64,000 nt of DNA from Eledone cirrhosa (taxonomy: Eukaryota): positions 37,262,001 through 37,326,000 of the forward strand of contig OZ024746.1 in assembly GCA_964016885.1 (NCBI GenBank). Reading direction: 5' to 3'. Shown here one piece after another: positions 14,813 through 31,380 of this stretch. The notes under the pieces were generated by a model that worked only from the letters and a program-made list of their open reading frames with translations, made no database searches and was not told the origin of the DNA. A program made the position numbers and the translations under genes. Each line of letters starts with the position of its first letter. Positions within the stretch are counted from its first letter, which is position 1.

Positions 14813-15372
14813 TGATTGGTAGTATGGAGATTTAATATCTAATATTAAAATGAAAGTTTAATAATTCAATGCACTTATCACATTGCAGAATAAGTGAAAA
14901 TAGTAAATTATTGTCCAGTAATTACATGTCTTGTCGAACAAGTAGGAATACACTGAAGGATGAAGATAGATGAACGAAAATATATGACCAGTTTCCATTT
15001 ACAATAGAACAGCGCTTAACATATATTAGTATTTGATATTACTGTAACTTTGTCATAAACATAACTTGATTTTTAAATATATATATATTTGTGTTCGTAT
15101 ATCTGTGTGTACGTATGCATACACACAATAAGAGGCGGTCAGATAAAGGATAATGAATAAATCAACGGAAAGGTGTCCAGAACCTTGTCTTAATTCAACA
15201 TCTGGAAATTACTATGGTTTTGGTGCATTAAGGTTTATACCGTATATTCCAATACACATTGGGTTGTAACAAAAGAGGTAGACAAAACATCATGCCTTTA
15301 GAGGAATTATTCCGATATAAAAGAAAAAATAATATGTAGAAACCGCGCAACCCAACATTATTTACAGTATAA

Positions 15373-15564
15373 GGCAGTGGATTGGCAGTATCGGTAGTGG
15401 GTTGCACACCATGTTTTCCAGCATAGTTACGTCCCTTTATATTCTGAGTTCAAATCCCACCAAGGTTAACTTTGCCTTTCATCCTTACGGGGTCGATAAA
15501 ATAAAGTACCAGTAATGTACTGTGGATAGTTGCTGGCCTTGTGCCAAAGGAAGAAACAATTATT
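15373..15564 (+). mobile_element. tRNA-derived SINE (octopod type)
   Basis: A-box-like TGGCAGTATCGG, B-box GAGTTCAAATCC, body TTTGCCTTTCATCCTTACGGGGTCGATAAAATAAAGTACCAG and an ATT tail. Several copies in the window. Confidence 0.88.
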
Positions 15565-16161
15565 TACTGTAGAAACGGTAATATTTTGCAATGCCAAAGA
15601 AAAGATATGATTTGTTGAAATCATTTTTACTGCATTTGCATCTGACATTTCGAACAACAAATTTGAAAAATGATCATATTTTCCATGTAATGATAACAAC
15701 ATATCCGTAAATATGGTCATATAATATAAAAAGAGAACATCAGTCATACATTAATTGCATAACGATATAATTATAGCAATATTCTTTGCCTCTGTCTTTC
15801 TTTGATACATCTCACAGATCTGAAAATAACACGTTTATTTTTTGTATACAAATATATGAATATTAAACATAAATGTTCATGACAATTAGATAAATGAATG
15901 ATTTTGCATTTTATATGGAATGTTTGGCTACCGCTCAAGTGAAGAATACTGGATATATTTATGTGTGGTAAATAATAGATTTGCTTATATATGGTGCCGT
16001 ATCTTTTGACATATTTTGCTGTGTAATGCATATGAAAAAATTAATATTAAATCTACATTAAAAACCTTACTTAATCTCTAGACACATTCAATCCCTTGGT
16101 ATATTTCAGTTAGAACGACACACTATCACACACACATACACTGACACACACACACACTCAT

Positions 16162-16200
<39 letters not shown>

Positions 16201-16205
<5 letters not shown>

Positions 16206-16930
16206 TACTTGTCCCCCTCGCCTTACGCGAATTCTGGTCCCAATAACTTTTTTGAGTTATTGCTCGCACCAACCTGAGGTATCTGATTTTTAATGCGATG
16301 AAATAACAATGATGGTTGGAAAATCACTGACGAAGGACTATTTTTATAATATGTAACCCATGTGCAAACTACGCAGTATCTTCTTTCCTCTCATGTTTTT
16401 TATATATATTTACCTCGGCTGCGTTTGTCTGTTTCTCTCTTATTGCTTCCCCGCTCACTCTGTTTCTCTCACCTTCTTTCGCCCCTCTATCGGTTACACT
16501 TTCTCTCAAACTGATCTCTTCCTCACACTTCCACTCACTGACTCTCTGTTTCTCCCCTTCCCACTTCCTCCCATTTGGCTTGTGTGGGTCTCTTCTTGCT
16601 CACATCTCACACACATCAACACGGTCTGTACCTCTCCCGCTCATGAAATCCACCCAGCTTATGCTGACCGGACAACCATGTTGCTTGTTTATTTTCCTAT
16701 CTTCGGTTTGCTTTTATACTTCTATGTTGTTTATTTGTCCCCTCGCCTTACGCGAATTCTGGTTCCAATAACTTTTTTTAGTTATTGCTCGCACCAACCT
16801 GAGGTATCTGATTTTTAATGCGATGAAATACAAATGATGGTTGGAAAATCACTGACGAAGGACTTTTTTATCATATGTAACCCATGTGCAAACCACGCCG
16901 AATTCTTCTTTCTTCTCATGTTTTATATAT
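16201..16930 (+). repeat. ~205-bp direct repeat pair around a pyrimidine-rich spacer
   Basis: 16201-16410 repeats at about 16727-16930. Both ends sit in TA runs. Confidence 0.85.
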
Positions 16931-17663
16931 ATATATATATATATAGTGAAAGAATGAAGAGTAGCATGGTTGGCTGTAAAACATATATATATATATATAT
17001 AAATATGTACAACATATATATATATAAAGTTTTTAAAAAAGCAAGGATATAGGTTGAGTGTCCCTGGAATATTACTTATTATTAATGCTCTGTGAAGTAA
17101 TATTGGTACTATAATTATATTTCACTCTTGAATACATTTCCTCATCATAAGCGTAGATTGTTTTTTCACTTTCATCTGTAACGGATGTCACGGATCCGTT
17201 TATTTGGTCTCTGTTGATATCTATATATCCTTTGTTTATATCTATATATCCATCTATCTATCATTCTCCCCACTCTCTATATATATACATATATATGATA
17301 TATGTGTGTGGCTGTATGTATATACTTATTTTTTCAACAAACAAAGCGAGATAAGCTGACAGATCTGTTTCACACTGTTGGTGACAATCAGAGCCTATCA
17401 CTCACCGATGTTTGTTGAAAATTGTTGATGCTGGATTCTTATAGAATTCTAGTAATAGTCAGGAAATGATTATACAGAGCGATTGCCGGTCCAGCAAAAA
17501 CTGAAAATTAGGATTAGTGCTCTGAAATAGCGATGTATACATGAATATATGCATTGTATATTTGGCAATATAATGTATGCTTAACTAGAAGACCTTCCGC
17601 TATTATTTTAAGGTAGTGAATATGTCCCTTACTTCTTTTTTCAACAAAAAAACAAAGGGTGAT

Positions 17664-17707
17664 AAGCTGACAGATATGTTTCAACCTGTTGGTGATCATC
17701 AGAGCTT
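17664..17707 (-). ncRNA. Type I hammerhead ribozyme, intact core
   Basis: AAGCT-CTGATGA-TCACC(AACA)GGTT-GAAA-CA(TATC)TG-TC-AGCTT. The tandem copy at 17353-17394 has the decayed core CTGATTG. Confidence 0.85.
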
Positions 17708-17928
17708 AGCACATGCCGATGTCTGTTGAAAACAATAGATGTTGGTTTCTTATAGAATTCCAGTAAAAATCATGAACTGATTATACAAAACGATTACCGG
17801 TCCAGAAAAAATTGAATTCTATAAGAATCCAGCATCTATAATAGTCACTCTTTAAAATAATAGCGCAAAGTCTTCAAAATGTTTTTAATGAAGCATACAG
17901 TATCTTGCCAAATATACTATACATATAT

Positions 17929-17977
<49 letters not shown>

Positions 17978-17980
<3 letters not shown>

Positions 17981-19545
17981 ATAATAATACATTTGAAGAC
18001 TAAAATCCAAAGAGGGCGCGATAAGGATAAATATATATCAAATATATAAGAACCGTAGAGCAAATATTTATTAAAATAAAGTTTAAGCAAAGAATTGCTG
18101 CTTTCACCCTTAACAGGATCTTCTCAAACTAACAAAGTCAATCTGTGAACGCAGAAGTGAATATTTCAAAAAACGTTGCAACCGGAGGGAGACAGGAAGA
18201 CGATACTTTGGTTCGTGGAAACGTTCCCTGGCAAAGAACGGGAAAAAACGAATATAATACGTCATTATTTGGAGTGGTGAAAAACAATTACACGCAAAGA
18301 CAAAACCACGTTTATGGTATAAAAGAAGTCGTAGACTAATATTCCATTACGTGGTTCATAGAGACGTTCTCGGGCAATGAACGGAAAAAAACGAAGATAA
18401 TACGTCGTATGTGGAGGGGGAGAACTATAGCACGCAAGGCCAAAACCACGTGAATGGTATAACTGAAGTCGTAGACTAAAATTCTAACTTGGAAACCGAA
18501 TGATTCTCGGCTTCAGACTTAAGAAAAAAGTAAATAAAATACAGAGGTAATGGAAAATAAATAAATACATATACGCATCCATATACACACATACACGACC
18601 ATACGCGAAAACAGTCGCCATAGGTATACAAAAAATCCGCACGCACATACAGAACCCACGCCTGTACCCGCACACATACGAATGTATACACCAAATACAC
18701 ATAAAATGATATATAAACATATACATATTAATATATATATGTGTGCGTGTGTGTGCGTGTATACATATAATTAAATAAACGTATATAAATAAATAAATAC
18801 GTATATAACAAGCGTACACACATACCTGCATGTAAATACACATATGTTCGGAGACTTACGTCAACCAAAACACTAAGTACACATATACACACACCCTAAA
18901 TACGAACGAACCCGCATACTCACACAGACACAAAGCTCACGTATACACATAACCAAAAGCATATGTACCAGAATATATAATATATACGCCAAAACACGTA
19001 CAATCAAATATACGTACGAGGAAGTATACGTACCTTCATAAAACATACAGGTGATATATACATACCTATACAAATAAGTAATGGTATAATCATAACATAT
19101 ATTTTGCTACCACATCAAGACATAAAATATCCGCGTATAGTTCGTACTATCCGTTAGGGTATAATGTGGGGCTGTAATACAGGAAAGTGTTGTGCAATTT
19201 ATGTTTACAAGCCGAAATTGCCTCAGATTTTTTGTTTAAGATGTGGTCTTTGGCGTAGAGTATTTCCAGAGCCTCAGCGGCGCAGAGGTCACATGATCTT
19301 TTATTTCCGTTATACGATCTAGCCCTAGCTAGGATCTCCCAGTGTAACTTATATTGGGTATGGTTGTCTTTTAGACTCCAAATATAAGCTGAAAGTGACG
19401 TCATATTCCTTCATAAAGGGTAACAAAAAGAATGGGTATGCATGTAAAGACGCTGCTTGAATATATTGGCGGTTAACCCTATGTAGGCCCTACGGGACGT
19501 GGGTATTTCAACCTTACATTTGTAGACAAGGAGTCTAACAAACAA
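17978..19545 (-). mobile_element. 5'-truncated Naiad-type PLE: GIY-YIG remnant, long 3' region, HHR and tail ending in (TA)n
   Basis: Minus strand reads LVYKCKV...YIGLTANIFKQR...SLSAYIWSLKDNH...WEILARARSYN...CDLC...LNKKSE...CKH (about 19147-19545). It is followed by degenerate microsatellite sequence, two ~141-bp repeats (18217-18479), an HHR-like motif (18080-18130) and a tail to 17978. Confidence 0.82.
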
Positions 19546-20781
19546 ACAAACAATTATTACAATACGCCTCCTTGTTTCTAAGAGTACCATTTATATTCAC
19601 CAATAACCGTGGTGCGTGTTTCTTTCTAATTGTTTTCAAGTTATAAATCTAATATTTTAGAAATTATTTGTAATGGTTAGAATATTTTTCTTAACACTTA
19701 TTGATGAGGGTAAATATAACAACAAATTGTGTAGTTACGAAACACTTTTCAACAATGGACGCTGGTGTAATCTATTCTAATGTATGGGATATCCATGTTT
19801 TGTGATATTTGTGATGTTATCTGTAACGTATTAAAATAAATAAAGTTTAATTAGAAACAGAAATATATTTTTTCCCCGCAGCTTGCTGAGATGTATTTAA
19901 ATAACATTTCTTCGAAGACAAAACGTTAATATGCCAGTGAATAAATGTCACAAAAATTATAGCTGCTGGTCGTATACATTTTAAGTATATAACACTTAAA
20001 AATATTAGCAATATCATATCACTATCTAAACTATTTATTTGACACTTGACAGCAGAGTGCAACACAATTATTGTCTTTAATACAATTAATTATCGCACAT
20101 TTAATATACTTCTCTCCGATGTATTGGTAAAGAATGTTTAATTCTGGAACAGAGTTTTACACATATTTGGAAAGCTGTTAATGACACATAAAATAGCTAT
20201 TATTAGATTACCGATTGAAGATACGGGCCTCGTTCAAAATGTCAAAACAATAAATCAATCTAAAACGTCTACAAACCTTATAAATAAACCAGCTTTTGAA
20301 AATAATGTGAATGATATATCGATAATTCTTGGGTAGCATAACAGAAATGCCACATGAGCAGACAAATATGAACTTCTATGATGAAGCCGATCAATTTGAC
20401 ACACCAATAATTGAACATTTATAAAATATACGGGAGAATTGAAAACAGGTGGTTGTATCAAATAAAGACACACTTCTACGAAAATTTTGGTCTTCGATTG
20501 GATATAAATAGTCAATTGCGGGTCCCCAGTATTTAAAATGGTGGTCAACCATTTGCGATGTAGGGATAAACATAGTATATAGCATAAGATGTACTGAACC
20601 CAGTGTCCCAACTGCTTTCCACTGATAACTGAACATCGAGCACCCGCTTCTAAGCTTTTGCTTCTAATACCTGCACCAATCTCTCCTATCCTACCACTAT
20701 CTCTCTATTTAAGATTGGTTTACTCTTGAACTATCTATACCTGAGCTCCCAATCTTGAGCTAATAAAAACTAGAAGCGACC

Positions 20782-23170
20782 ATGTTGACCAAACAAGAAC
20801 TCAGGATCATCCCGGACAAGAAAACCAAACTCAAACTCCTAATACAGAGTATCAATTCATCTACCCGGAGGGTAAGATGGAATGCTTTCTACTATGACAG
20901 AGTAACGTCCACTAACGCTGGAAGCCTTGTCGATAGATATGGAGTTACCACATGCAAGAACCCACTACATAACATCCTGATGGCCCCATAAGGAGCATTA
21001 AATTCAACAAGCAGAATCGACATAATAATAACTTCCTCGCAAAATTAGCAACAACTATCAAAAACTTTTAAAATAGATCTTCATACATGTTATGTCCGGT
21101 AAAACTAAAAAATGTATACACCATGCCTCCTGAAACTTACAACTGTTTTCCTCTTAAGGAGCTCAATAAGAATTATAAAAAAATAAGCCCTCTAGTATAA
21201 ATTTACTTAACCGCAAAGCCCAGGCCTTGGATAAGGATTTACATCTTGACAGATTCACCTACCCATATGTAACCACAACACCAAGATTCTCTCTTAAGGA
21301 CGATAGCCCAACGTTATTGAGAACCCCTCTATTAGTCTTATTTGCCCAACCACCTTTGACTTGGGTCGTATAGGGAAGAACATTCTCGATAGAATCATCC
21401 CTGGAATCCGAGACGGTATCACCTATAAACTGTGGTCTGACACCAGCCATGTCATTATATGGTTCTCAGATCTTGGGTCCATTGACTCGATGAGGTGTCT
21501 CCAATTCGACATTGACAGTAACTACGCTTCCATATCCCCGACACTGCTTAACAAAGCATTAATCTTAGCTCGCATTAAGTCAGACATAAATAGGCATACC
21601 ATTATTGAGTTCAATGGCTCGTTCTGGTCAAGAAAAGACAGAAGCGATAATTCTGACATCACGATGGGCTCTAGCGATTCTGCACAAGGCACGGACTTAG
21701 TTGGAATCTACCTTTTACATAACATTAGTGCTGAGCACTCAATTTTGCAAGGTGGATTATATAGGGTCGACGCCATATTTGAAGCCACAACTGCACGAAT
21801 CGCGTCATTGACTTGCTCAAGAAACAACTACATAGATTCTTTAAAATTAAAGGTCTATCTATTACCATCGAACCTAACCATTACGTATTTAATTTCCTTG
21901 ATCTTAATAACGAGGCATATTACCCTTATCATAAACCAGGTGAAATACACACTTATATTAGCGCGCACTCTAACCACCCAACGGTAGTCATCAGAGAGCT
22001 CATTAATTTTATCTCACATAGGATTTCAATTCTATCCGCCAACGAGGAGATAGTTAATGTTCATGCAGCATATTATAATAAGGTCCTTTCTGAGTCTGGT
22101 TATACGGAAACTATCTACTACATACCTAATGGCCATAACACAGAACTTCACCACAACTCCAATTACTTTAATAATAGAACTAGAAACACATCAGCATTTA
22201 GCCAGATTTGCCGGAAAATTAAACCTACCAATACCTATACAAGTAATCGTAATAGTGGCAGAGGCCTACTCTCTACTCCTAGTAACAGACTCAGAATCAA
22301 CCGTAGAAGCGGAAAAAATAATAATATGACCCTTAGCAAGCACATTGGCAATAATAAACCTAGTAATGCTCCTGCTGATTCTGCTAGACCCCGCAGAATT
22401 AACAGGCCTAGAAAATTCACTTGGCTTAACACCCCGTTCTCATCCAATTTAGTTCCTAACATCCGTAAACGCTTGTGCTCGTTCCTATCTAAACATAAAC
22501 CATAGATATTACAAACTATTTAATAAAAACAACATTAAAATCTCCACCACACCGAACTTAGTTAGCCACATCGCATTTAGAAACCATCACCCCCCCCTGC
22601 GACACAACCACCCCCTAAAAGTGCACCATGCAACCACACAAATACTCATCCTAGTAGCAGAACCCCTCCTCCAATCCCATTAGTATACACCAGCAGCACA
22701 GCTTAAACAACCCTGCTCCCACTAATCGCAATCCCAATTGCAACTGCCGTAACCCCACTGAATGCCCGCTTAACGGACAGTGTCTTACATCCAATATCGT
22801 ATATAGGTGCACCGTTAGAACGGCCTCGTCTACTAGCTCATATATTGGCTCTACATCCCAACCCTTTTAAGCTTCGATATAACGCGCACCCATTTTCCTT
22901 CCGCGGCCCTGGCCATAGATGCTTTACTTCTCTAGCTAGACTTGTTAAAAACCTTAAACTGGCCAACATTGAACACTCTCTAACTTGGGCTATCTTGGCT
23001 AGATCTCCAGCGTTTAACGAGAGAGGAAATTGTTGCGATCTCTGTCTCACAGAGGCCTATTACAACTCTGTCAAGACCCCCCTCCCATAAATGACAGGAA
23101 TGAGTTAGTGATCAACTGCCACTGCGGCAGAGCGAGCTCCTTCACTAACAGAACATTTGACCCACCTTAG
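20782..23170 (+). mobile_element. Naiad-type Penelope-like retroelement, near full-length, frameshifted (RT + GIY-YIG endonuclease)
   Basis: Consecutive frames give LRIIPDK...RRVRWNAF (N-terminus), LQFDIDSNYASIS, DITMGSSDSAQGTDLVGIYLL, GGLYRVDA (decayed GLYRDDG), NFLDL, YISAHSNHP, RKFTWLNTPFS, then CNCRNPTECPLNGQC-IVYRC-YIGST...CDLC. Multiple stops and frameshifts. Confidence 0.9.
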
Positions 23171-23826
23171 CCTATCAGTTAGTCACGCTTCTCCCTATAA
23201 CTAACAAACTAAAACATATTTAGTCCACCACGTAAACACCTATAAGTTATCTCCCTGCATTATCTTAGTCACATGTCTCATTATAACTTTACCTATAAGC
23301 TACCTCTTTAGGATTATCTTAGTTACAAATCTCATTGTCGCGTTTGGATCTTCAAGGAGTTGGCTCCCTTGAAACACATCTCTGTACAATAAGGACATTT
23401 ACCTACAAGAAGCCATCTTGTTGTGCGTTTGGCGGCATTGTTTACTTTCAGCCTCGACAGATATGTAGCGGTTCTTTATAACATACACTTGAATGTTACA
23501 GTGCCAATGGATCCCATCGAGGGACCTGCTAATGCGACGATTATTTACGGACACGTGACCCGCTTATTTTATTTTATTTTATTTCTAATTTATACATATT
23601 ATTTTCATTATCTAACTTTAAGTTATGAGGAGCTGCTCCATAATATTATTCTATGTTAATTATCTACCTCTGCACCAAATCAATAACGATATTACATTAT
23701 ATGGAGTAGTGAAACAATTGTAAACTGCCATTATTAAACCCTATTTTATATTAAACTGCACTTAATATTGAGACCTTTCGAATAATGTCTTCAGTGTGAG
23801 GTTGTGGTCTTGATTTGATTAACTAC

Positions 23827-23883
<57 letters not shown>

Positions 23884-24261
23884 ATAATAACAAATTTCAC
23901 GACTAAAATCCAAAGAGGGCTCGATAAGAATAAATATATATCAAATATATAAGAACACTAGACCAGATATTTATTAAAATAGCAGATTAAAGTTTAAGCA
24001 AAGAATCGCTGCTTTCACCTTAACCCGATCTTCTGAAGATATATCCCGTTAAGGATGAAAGCAGCAATTCTTTGCTTAAACTTTAATCTGTTATTTTAAT
24101 ATATATATATATATATATATAATAGAAAGTGGGTTTTTTTTTAACAAAATGAAAAATAATCGAGGTGTTCCTACACGAGTGAAGGTATAAAGAAAAAAAG
24201 ATGAAATTGGAAATGCGACTGCAGTCTTATTTAAAAAAATATATATATATTTATTTGGTTC

Positions 24262-24410
24262 CTTTACCGGTTTCGCAGTTCTTCTGCTTTTCAAAACTAA
24301 TGTTGAGATGGAGGGACTGTGGTTTTTCTCACGTCTCATGTGAGAAAGACCTGAGACCCTCCATCTCAACTCTACTTTTGAAAAGCAGAAGAACTGCGAA
24401 ACCGGTAAAG
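24262..24410. repeat. Palindrome with HHR 3'-half-like ends
   Basis: CTTTACCGGTTTCGCAGTTCTTCTGC...GCAGAAGAACTGCGAAACCGGTAAAG. Confidence 0.75.
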
Positions 24411-24415
24411 TTGCA

Positions 24416-24534
<119 letters not shown>

Positions 24535-24640
24535 ATAGAAGAAGACAATTCTCCATAGTTAAATATGTATATATATATATATATACATACTTTTACATGT
24601 ATGTAAATATATATATATATACACATACATACATATATAT

Positions 24641-24702
<62 letters not shown>

Positions 24703-25064
24703 ATGTAAACCTTAAACAGATATAACACAATCGGTATAGCATATAGTAGTTTATAGTATATTAAATTAACGCTTTAAATAGCAGGCTTATATGTGGGTCT
24801 GTGTGCATGCCTGTGAGTGTGAAGTGTGAAAGTGTTTCTAAGTCCGTATTCATATTTGTGTTTGCGTATTTAAAATGTTGCTATTAGTAATTTGTTGGTT
24901 TACTACAAAGAAACTTCAATATATTTCTCCATGATTTGAAATTTCCGTTCAATATAGAGGAATGGTATAATATGTTGTCTGTTTGTACAGACATATATGA
25001 CTGTCTTCCTATATACATGAATTTGTACACACCCAATACAAACACACGTAAGCACATATAAACA

Positions 25065-25664
<600 letters not shown>

Positions 25665-26395
25665 CTTCGATTGTATATATTATCCGTGTGGTAAAGAAAC
25701 ATTTTCTGATTAAATATAACACTCAATCTGCTTAAAGATGACTTGGAATACTTTCTCGATCGAAAACAAATGTTTATGTTTCTTTACAAAAAAACAAAGT
25801 GGACATGTTTCTTTTACAAATTTGGGGTATATTATTTATTTCATTTTAAAATTCCCCGAAGTAATGTAATATTTTACGTTTATGTGATTAGTGTCTTTAT
25901 TTATATATGTGTTTATTACTAGATGTTTTCTGACGCACGCTAATGCAGAGTTATAAATATTTACTAGCTTGTACTATACACTAGAGAATATAACAACAAA
26001 GACATGATTTCTGTTACAATTTATATAAAAAAGAATATTCTACTAAGTCGTCAACAACTATGGTGCATGCTTGTACAACATAATGTACATGAATATATGC
26101 ACACACCACACACAAACTTACAAACACATAGACAAACACACATACACAAACACGAGAATCTGAATGTTTATGTGCGTATTTATATAGACACATACGCACA
26201 CACATATACATATATGTGTGTGTGTGAGTATATATATATGTATATATATATATATATGTGCTTAAATATGTGTATATATATACACATGTATATATATATA
26301 TATATATGTGTGTAGATATATAGGTATATATATATATATGTATATATGTATATATATATATATGCATATATATATATATATGTGTGTATATAGAC

Positions 26396-26435
<40 letters not shown>

Positions 26436-26448
26436 GTATAAATATATG

Positions 26449-26583
<135 letters not shown>

Positions 26584-26889
26584 GTATATATATGTATGTG
26601 TGTGTTTGTGTGTGAGTGTGTACATATATATGTATATACTATAAATACCTTTCTACACATAATTTATATATGAAGTCGCTACGAAATGCATAAACGAAAT
26701 AGATGCAACACATAATATGCACGCACACCAAAACACAAACACATACACACGCTTACACAAAGTAACACGCGCAAACATATATTTATATATATATATATAA
26801 TATATATATATATATACACATAAGATACATTCTAATATATTCGGTCCTCTCTTCTGTATTGAGTTCCATATCATATAACTTTTACCTAT

Positions 26890-26952
<63 letters not shown>

Positions 26953-27599
26953 ATTTCAATGAAAACTATTATATTACCATATGAATAAGTGTATATATTT
27001 ATTTACTTTCACAAAAATTCACACGTTAAACCACAAAAAGCGCCTATCACAAAAACGCGCACACTCATATAAATCAAACACAAGCACATACACACGGACA
27101 AACATAGATATAAGTATTTATATCCATACCTGTTTATATCTTTGGTAATTTACAAATACATTACTTCATTGTATTCGAAAACAATTTTACCAATATTTCT
27201 TATACTCATGTTTCGGGACATATTAAAAGAGTAGATTTATATCGTTATTTTATTAGTATTTATAGTTTTTGTACATTGAAGTATTTTATCTCATCTTCTT
27301 CAGAAGTTATGTTTTTTAAGAAAATAATTTGATATGATATATATATGTATATACTCACACACACACACAGACATATATATATATATATATATACATATAA
27401 AGGGCACATATAATAAATACAGTGAACTTTTAAAAATGTATTTAAAATTGTTTTCTTATATTTACACTCCCTTGATTTTATATATATATATATATATATA
27501 TGTATCTTTAACGATCGACCTTCGTCAAATCGGACCGAAGAAATAACGTTTCGATTGGTCTTTCCAATTGCTAATACTATCTATCGGTCGCAACTCCAG

Positions 27600-27680
27600 G
27601 TAGAAATAGCAACATGAAATAAAGTGTCTTGCTCAAGGACATCCACGGTCCGGGAATCGAACTCACAACCTTGCGATTGC

Positions 27681-27682
<2 letters not shown>
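27600..27682 (-). mobile_element. Head fragment of a second tRNA-derived SINE
   Basis: Minus strand GGTTGTGAGTTCGATTCCCGGACCG (B box), then GTCCTTGAGCAAGACACTTTATTTCA. Confidence 0.65.
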
Positions 27683-27739
<57 letters not shown>

Positions 27740-27813
27740 CAAGGGAGTGTAAATATAAGAAAACAATTTTAAATACATTTTTAAAAGTTCACTGTATTTA
27801 TTATATAGATGAG

Positions 27814-27860
27814 ATTCTACAGGACTAGAACTGTTTCATTCTTTAGAAATCATCAGGAAT
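27814..27860 (-). ncRNA. Type I hammerhead ribozyme, intact core
   Basis: ATTC-CTGATGA-TTTC(TAAA)GAAT-GAAA-CAG(TTCTAGTC)CTG-TA-GAAT. Related broken copies at 28021-28050 and 1935-2006. Confidence 0.85.
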
Positions 27861-28058
27861 GTGAAATATATATATATATATATATGTTTATATATTATAT
27901 ATGTATATATATATATACGTTATTCTGGGTTGAATCGGAGGTAACCACAGTAATTAAGGTACTCAATACATACCAGAGTATGAAAGTGTTAATATAGATG
28001 AGATTATACAGGACTACAACATTCCTGATGATTTCTAAGAATGGAACAGAACATCATC

Positions 28059-28122
<64 letters not shown>

Positions 28123-28365
28123 TTTATATATATATCTATCTATCTATCTATATATATATATATATATAATATAAATATATAATATATACATATATAAATG
28201 TATATATATATACGTATGTGTGTATGTATGTATTTGTGTGTGTGTAGAAATGTGTGAGTGTGTGTATTTCGTGTATTTGTTCGTAGAAAATGTAGTATGT
28301 TTTCATCATTATTCTATTACAAATATATCAATTATATATATATGTATATTTGTAAATATATATAC

Positions 28366-28419
<54 letters not shown>

Positions 28420-28931
28420 ATATGTGTGTGTGTGTATAAGTATATACGCACTCTCAAACATTGATGTATTCATATAAAATGCATATATACATAGAAATCG
28501 TACTCCTGAAAGAATATATTATTTTATTGCAGAAATCCAACGATGGACGTTTTATTACTAATGTTACAAAAGACACATAGTATGCTTGCTTTTATATTTT
28601 AAAGTCACGTTGATTCGAAATAATTGCTGCTGTTTTTATTGAGCACATGGCTGATAGCGTAAATATGTTGTTGTTTTGTGATGAGTTCCACCGTTCTTGC
28701 TCAAATGTCTCAAAAATTGACGGCATATAGTTTAGATTTGATAAATGTTACCTTGGTTTGTACGATCTAGATTTCAGTGTTTGTTTCGACTGGTAATATT
28801 TTATTGCTCACGGAAAAGAATACAAAGATAAAAGAAAAAAAATCAACATTTCACATGTAAATGCAGGCCACCGCAATCTTATATAAACACACACGCATGC
28901 ACACTGCATAGCTATCAATGTCTCCATAGAA

Positions 28932-29007
<76 letters not shown>

Positions 29008-29419
29008 ATATATATATATGTATGAATGAATTAATTCCGTCGGAAAGGTCCAGGAAAAAAGAGTGCCTCAGAAACGGCTTGAGCTTTGCTGTCGGGTTCA
29101 TACCTTTTCCTATATGTATATATATATATGTGTATGTGTATGTATGTGTATGTATTTATGTGTGTATTTGTATGGTTGTGTGTGTGCGCGTCTGTGTGTG
29201 TGTGTATATATATATAAATAAATGTGTGTATGTATATGCATAATTACATACAGAGTGATTTAATGCTTATTTTCATTGATTATTTGCTCCAGGAATTGTT
29301 GAGTTCTCTAAATCAGCTATAAACATTTAAACCCTTATCTATTTATTTATTTATTTATTATTTGCAGTATTCCTAACTATTTGTTTACCCCTTTCATCTT
29401 TTTATTTTTATTTTTATAT

Positions 29420-30580
<1,161 letters not shown>

Positions 30581-30600
30581 TATATATATATATATATATA

Positions 30601-31380
<780 letters not shown>

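Noticed and set aside
15373-15470. tRNA gene
   Set aside because: The A and B boxes belong to the SINE head; there is no complete cloverleaf.
18217-18479. Two ~141-bp repeats considered as a CRISPR-like array
   Set aside because: Only two diverged units, no repeat-spacer pattern, eukaryotic context, and they lie inside a PLE 3' region.
20230-20635. Possible hAT-type transposase relic
   Set aside because: Only scattered short peptide resemblances across many frameshifts; cannot be supported without a profile search.
23765-23800. CTGAAGA...GAAA on the minus strand as an HHR
   Set aside because: Stems I and II do not pair convincingly.
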